From Perkinsela sp. CCAP 1560/9 (Eukaryota; Protista; Euglenozoa: Kinetoplastea), in the NCBI GenBank assembly GCA_965644495.1, contig CBFFSA010000095.1, positions 1 to 9,161 of the forward strand: a DNA stretch of 9,161 bases. The letters run 5' to 3'. Position 1 is the first letter of the stretch. Every line of letters begins with the position of its first letter. Both the position numbers and the translations under genes were made by a program. Positions 7,801 through 9,161 of this stretch are shown here, piece by piece. The notes under the pieces were generated by a model. It was not told where the DNA came from. It did not search any database and saw only the letters and a program-made list of their open reading frames with translations.

Positions 7801-9161
7801 AACTTCTGACAATTTTGATGACCAACTTGATGTTGACAAGAGCTCCCACACTGAAATTGAATCTCTTGACAAACTCGTTCTCCGACTTGATGATAAGACT
7901 CTAGACACTGAACTTGTGACGGAGACTGATGTTGGTGATGACAAAAATTTTGAGATTGGTCAGACGAGTGTTGTTGAGAATCTTGATGATGATTGCCTTG
8001 ATCTTCAACTTGATGACAAAACCATTGAAATTGGTCTTGTTGAGAACCTTGGGACTCAACTTAGCGACAAAGAGACGATTCCTCTTGAAAATTCTGTTGA
8101 TGATTGTCAAGATCTTGTAAATGAACAACTTGTCAAGAAGAACCCCGAAATTGATTTGATTGAGAAACCTGAATATCCTGACGAAGAGAGTGAGATGAGT
8201 GTTGTTGGTGCCTTTGGTGATGGGAAAGAAAACGCTGAATTTGGTTGTGTTGAAAAACTTGAGACTTCCACTGAGATTGGGGTCTCTGCCGAAGATGCTT
8301 TTCTTCGCCAACTTGATCATCGACTTGACGAAAAGGCAGATTTTGGGGTTGTCGAAGATTTTTTTCTTCGTCAACTTGACGATCAACTTGATGAAAAGGC
8401 AGCTTTTGGTTCGATTGAGACTCCTCAACTCGCCGTTCAACTTGATAAACAACTTAACGAGGTGGTAGAACTCAGCCCGATTGAAAACCTCAATCGACTC
8501 AAAGAGAAACTTGACGAGAAGACAGAGATTGACCTTGTTGAAAATCTTGCTCAGCTCGACAGTCAACTTGACGAACAGAGTGATGGACGTGATGATTTGA
8601 TGGAGATTAGTCTTGTTGCTAAGCTTGACGATCAACTCGATGAACTCAAGGAGCTTGATGAAAAAGAAGAGAAAGAGAAAAGAATGAAAGAGACAAGTGA
8701 GAACGCCGAACTCACATCCTCCCCTGTCCTATCACCTTCTCTTCTTCTTCTCTCTCCCTGTCTCTCTTCCCATCTCTCTCCTCGTCACTCCCCTTCTCGT
8801 CCTTCTTCTCCCCATCCTTCTTCCCCCCATCCTTCTTCTCCTTCTCATTTTTCCTCCCTCTCTCTTTTTTCTCCAGCTCCTTACTCTTTCTCTTCACCTC
8901 TCTCTTCCCTCGCCGCTCCTCTTTCACCTCCTCTCTCCTCTCCTCACTCAGCTTCTTTCTTATCTCTTTCATCTCTCTCTGATACATCATTTGTGGGGCC
9001 TGATTCTGAAGATGAACTCTGCTTTGACCTCCTTTTGCAAGGAGAGAAAGAGAAAAAGGCAGTAGAAAAAGAAAGTGAAGCAAAAGAAACAGAAACAGAA
9101 ACACAAGAAGAAGAAGGAGAAGAAATGGGAGAAGAAATAGAAGAAACAGAAGAAATGGAAG
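4832..9161 (+). CDS. 3'-partial giant acidic, low-complexity/repeat protein (>1443 aa), function unknown
   Basis: First ATG after an in-frame TGA (4805): MAESQQQLWFVEMADFETDDDEEDEDEEDEVFFGDITEREMIASLRFSK...; frame 2 is open to the last base (...EEIEETEEME). Segments: E/K-rich, Ser-rich, D9 tract, E/K charged tract, 47-aa repeats, degenerate LD repeats, Ser/Pro-rich, E-rich. Alternative start at 4868. Missing from the ORF track because there is no stop in the window. Confidence 0.92.
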   Translation, partial: MAESQQQLWFVEMADFETDDDEEDEDEEDEVFFGDITEREMIASLRFSKDLSHGIEREKDEKLIEEKIQEKKPQEKFEEKTEDKTEEKVEVSNTEKKVEEQKEYDEESSDEETEVFFCQQILSSSLSVEQPLSNSENISPNLSLPLSTPEKERNNFQARDDWSRPANTESISSVSLPLSNKSDSEIEEISQESEEKGEKTIDLLLNMFGEKKKISSDVSMSDISSPSDDTEISEVSLSSQKSDVPSDIPSNVNVLSDVSPSSDVFVSSPSDDTDMADVASSILTTLSPFPSPSNFPEVTAVADVSNVSNLSSIGIPSAKVDDIVSFSSPEEVVSIPSVPSDICGSLCEPTLNDHSDFENEATFDDVGVVPSVDIVQDFVQEVGVDVAQDDDDDDDDDEEIFDVSFCVEGIEEGEKNQEKEEMIEIADVSTQKEEEKKGRDEGEGEKEKVAQEIELKEVEGDKEEKVEEAEEVKEVVGAGGRDVEAAEKSKQENRNTREMESEEEERESDDESDDESDDEIDDEIEFICGNEQNDNGESEQGEVDADKEEEKKEKIEKEEKETKENRNEKGQEKEERKEEKRKQEEKEIKEEEVEKEEEKEKLKVDDDHHHTLLDNLPVQLDGQIDSLSNLEVQLDDKTRDTECDLDIKLDDTTSDNLDDQLDGDESSHTEIDSLDDLDVPLGDKTLDTERDLDIQLDGKTSDNLDDQLDGDEGFHTEIDSLDDLDVQLDDKTLDTERDLDIKLDDTTSDNLDDQLDGDESFHTEIDSLDDLDVQLDDKTRDTDLDIKLDDTTSDNLDDQLDGDESFHAEIDSLDDLDVQLDDKTLDPECDLDISGNLDDQLDGDESFHTEIDSLDDLDVQLDDKTRDPECDLNIQLDGKTSDNLDDKTLDPECDLDISGNLDDQLDGDESSLTEIDSLDDLDVQLDDKTLDTERDLDIQLDGKASGNLDDQLDGDESFHTEIGSLDDLDVHLDDKTLGTECDLDIQLDDKTSDNFDDQLDVDKSSHTEIESLDKLVLRLDDKTLDTELVTETDVGDDKNFEIGQTSVVENLDDDCLDLQLDDKTIEIGLVENLGTQLSDKETIPLENSVDDCQDLVNEQLVKKNPEIDLIEKPEYPDEESEMSVVGAFGDGKENAEFGCVEKLETSTEIGVSAEDAFLRQLDHRLDEKADFGVVEDFFLRQLDDQLDEKAAFGSIETPQLAVQLDKQLNEVVELSPIENLNRLKEKLDEKTEIDLVENLAQLDSQLDEQSDGRDDLMEISLVAKLDDQLDELKELDEKEEKEKRMKETSENAELTSSPVLSPSLLLLSPCLSSHLSPRHSPSRPSSPHPSSPHPSSPSHFSSLSLFSPAPYSFSSPLSSLAAPLSPPLSSPHSASFLSLSSLSDTSFVGPDSEDELCFDLLLQGEKEKKAVEKESEAKETETETQEEEGEEMGEEIEETEEME
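5499..5652 (+). repeat. Exact 25-bp direct repeat pair TTTCTTCTCCTTCTGATGATACTGA (SSPSDDT), 129 nt apart
   Basis: Copies at 5499-5523 and 5628-5652, in frame in the Ser-rich region. Confidence 0.8.
6350..6406 (+). repeat. 12-bp coding minisatellite (ESDD)x3 then EIDD EIE
   Basis: GAGAGTGATGAT GAGAGCGATGAT GAGAGTGATGAT GAGATTGACGAT GAGATTGAG. Confidence 0.8.
6686..7912 (+). repeat. Coding tandem repeat, 141-bp/47-aa unit, ~8.5 copies: IDSLDDLDVQLDDKTLDTERDLDIKLDDTTSDNLDDQLDGDESFHTE
   Basis: Anchor AAT(T/C)GATTCTCT (slightly degenerate in the last two copies) at 6700, 6841, 6982, 7123, 7258, 7381, 7573, 7714, 7855; spacings 141, 141, 141, 135, 123, 192, 141, 141, all multiples of 3. Confidence 0.95.
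8291..8416 (+). repeat. 63-bp/21-aa tandem duplication EDAFLRQLDHRLDEKADFGVV / EDFFLRQLDDQLDEKAAFGSI
   Basis: Copies start at 8291 and 8354; further degenerate QLDxQLDE-like units follow to ~8650. Confidence 0.8.
8801..8842 (+). repeat. 15-bp repeat (PSSPH)x~3 within a pyrimidine-rich Ser/Pro segment
   Basis: CCTTCTTCTCCCCAT CCTTCTTCCCCCCAT CCTTCTTCTCCT. Confidence 0.8.

Noticed and set aside
6686-7912. Leucine-rich repeat or EF-hand array
   Set aside because: No LxxLxLxxN consensus and no helix-flanked DxDxDG loop pattern.
5018-9104. Long hydrophobic ORFs (5867-7789 minus, 6642-7793 plus, 7901-8635 minus and others) resembling membrane proteins
   Set aside because: Antisense or off-frame products of the GAT/GAA/CTT-rich acidic CDS, which is open throughout in plus frame 2.

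Overview
Eukaryotic (probably protist-type, AT-rich, short-intron) genomic DNA with two very large, divergently transcribed genes separated by a ~550-bp shared upstream region. Neither real gene is in the supplied ORF track because both run off the window edges; almost all listed ORFs are antisense or off-frame shadows. Left gene (minus strand, ATG 4280, one 107-nt GT-AG intron at 4005-4111, then open to base 1; >1391 aa): two tandem ubiquitin-like domains lacking the C-terminal GG, an acidic patch and Lys8 tract, then ~38 indel-free 66-bp repeats encoding a 22-aa amphipathic unit (WKNVVSVYKS[I/T]TN[S/T]IS[SFF/TCC]NFI; 833 consecutive residues without P, G, D or E), then a beta-rich globular domain with an ERP motif and a Ser/Pro linker. 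Right gene (plus strand, ATG 4832, open to the end of the window; >1443 aa): a highly acidic, largely low-complexity protein with an N-terminal EDEVFFG motif, ~8.5 copies of a 141-bp/47-aa Asp-Leu repeat and a Ser-Pro-rich segment. No RNA genes, mobile elements or CRISPR arrays seen. All calls are from manual translation; no database search was possible.
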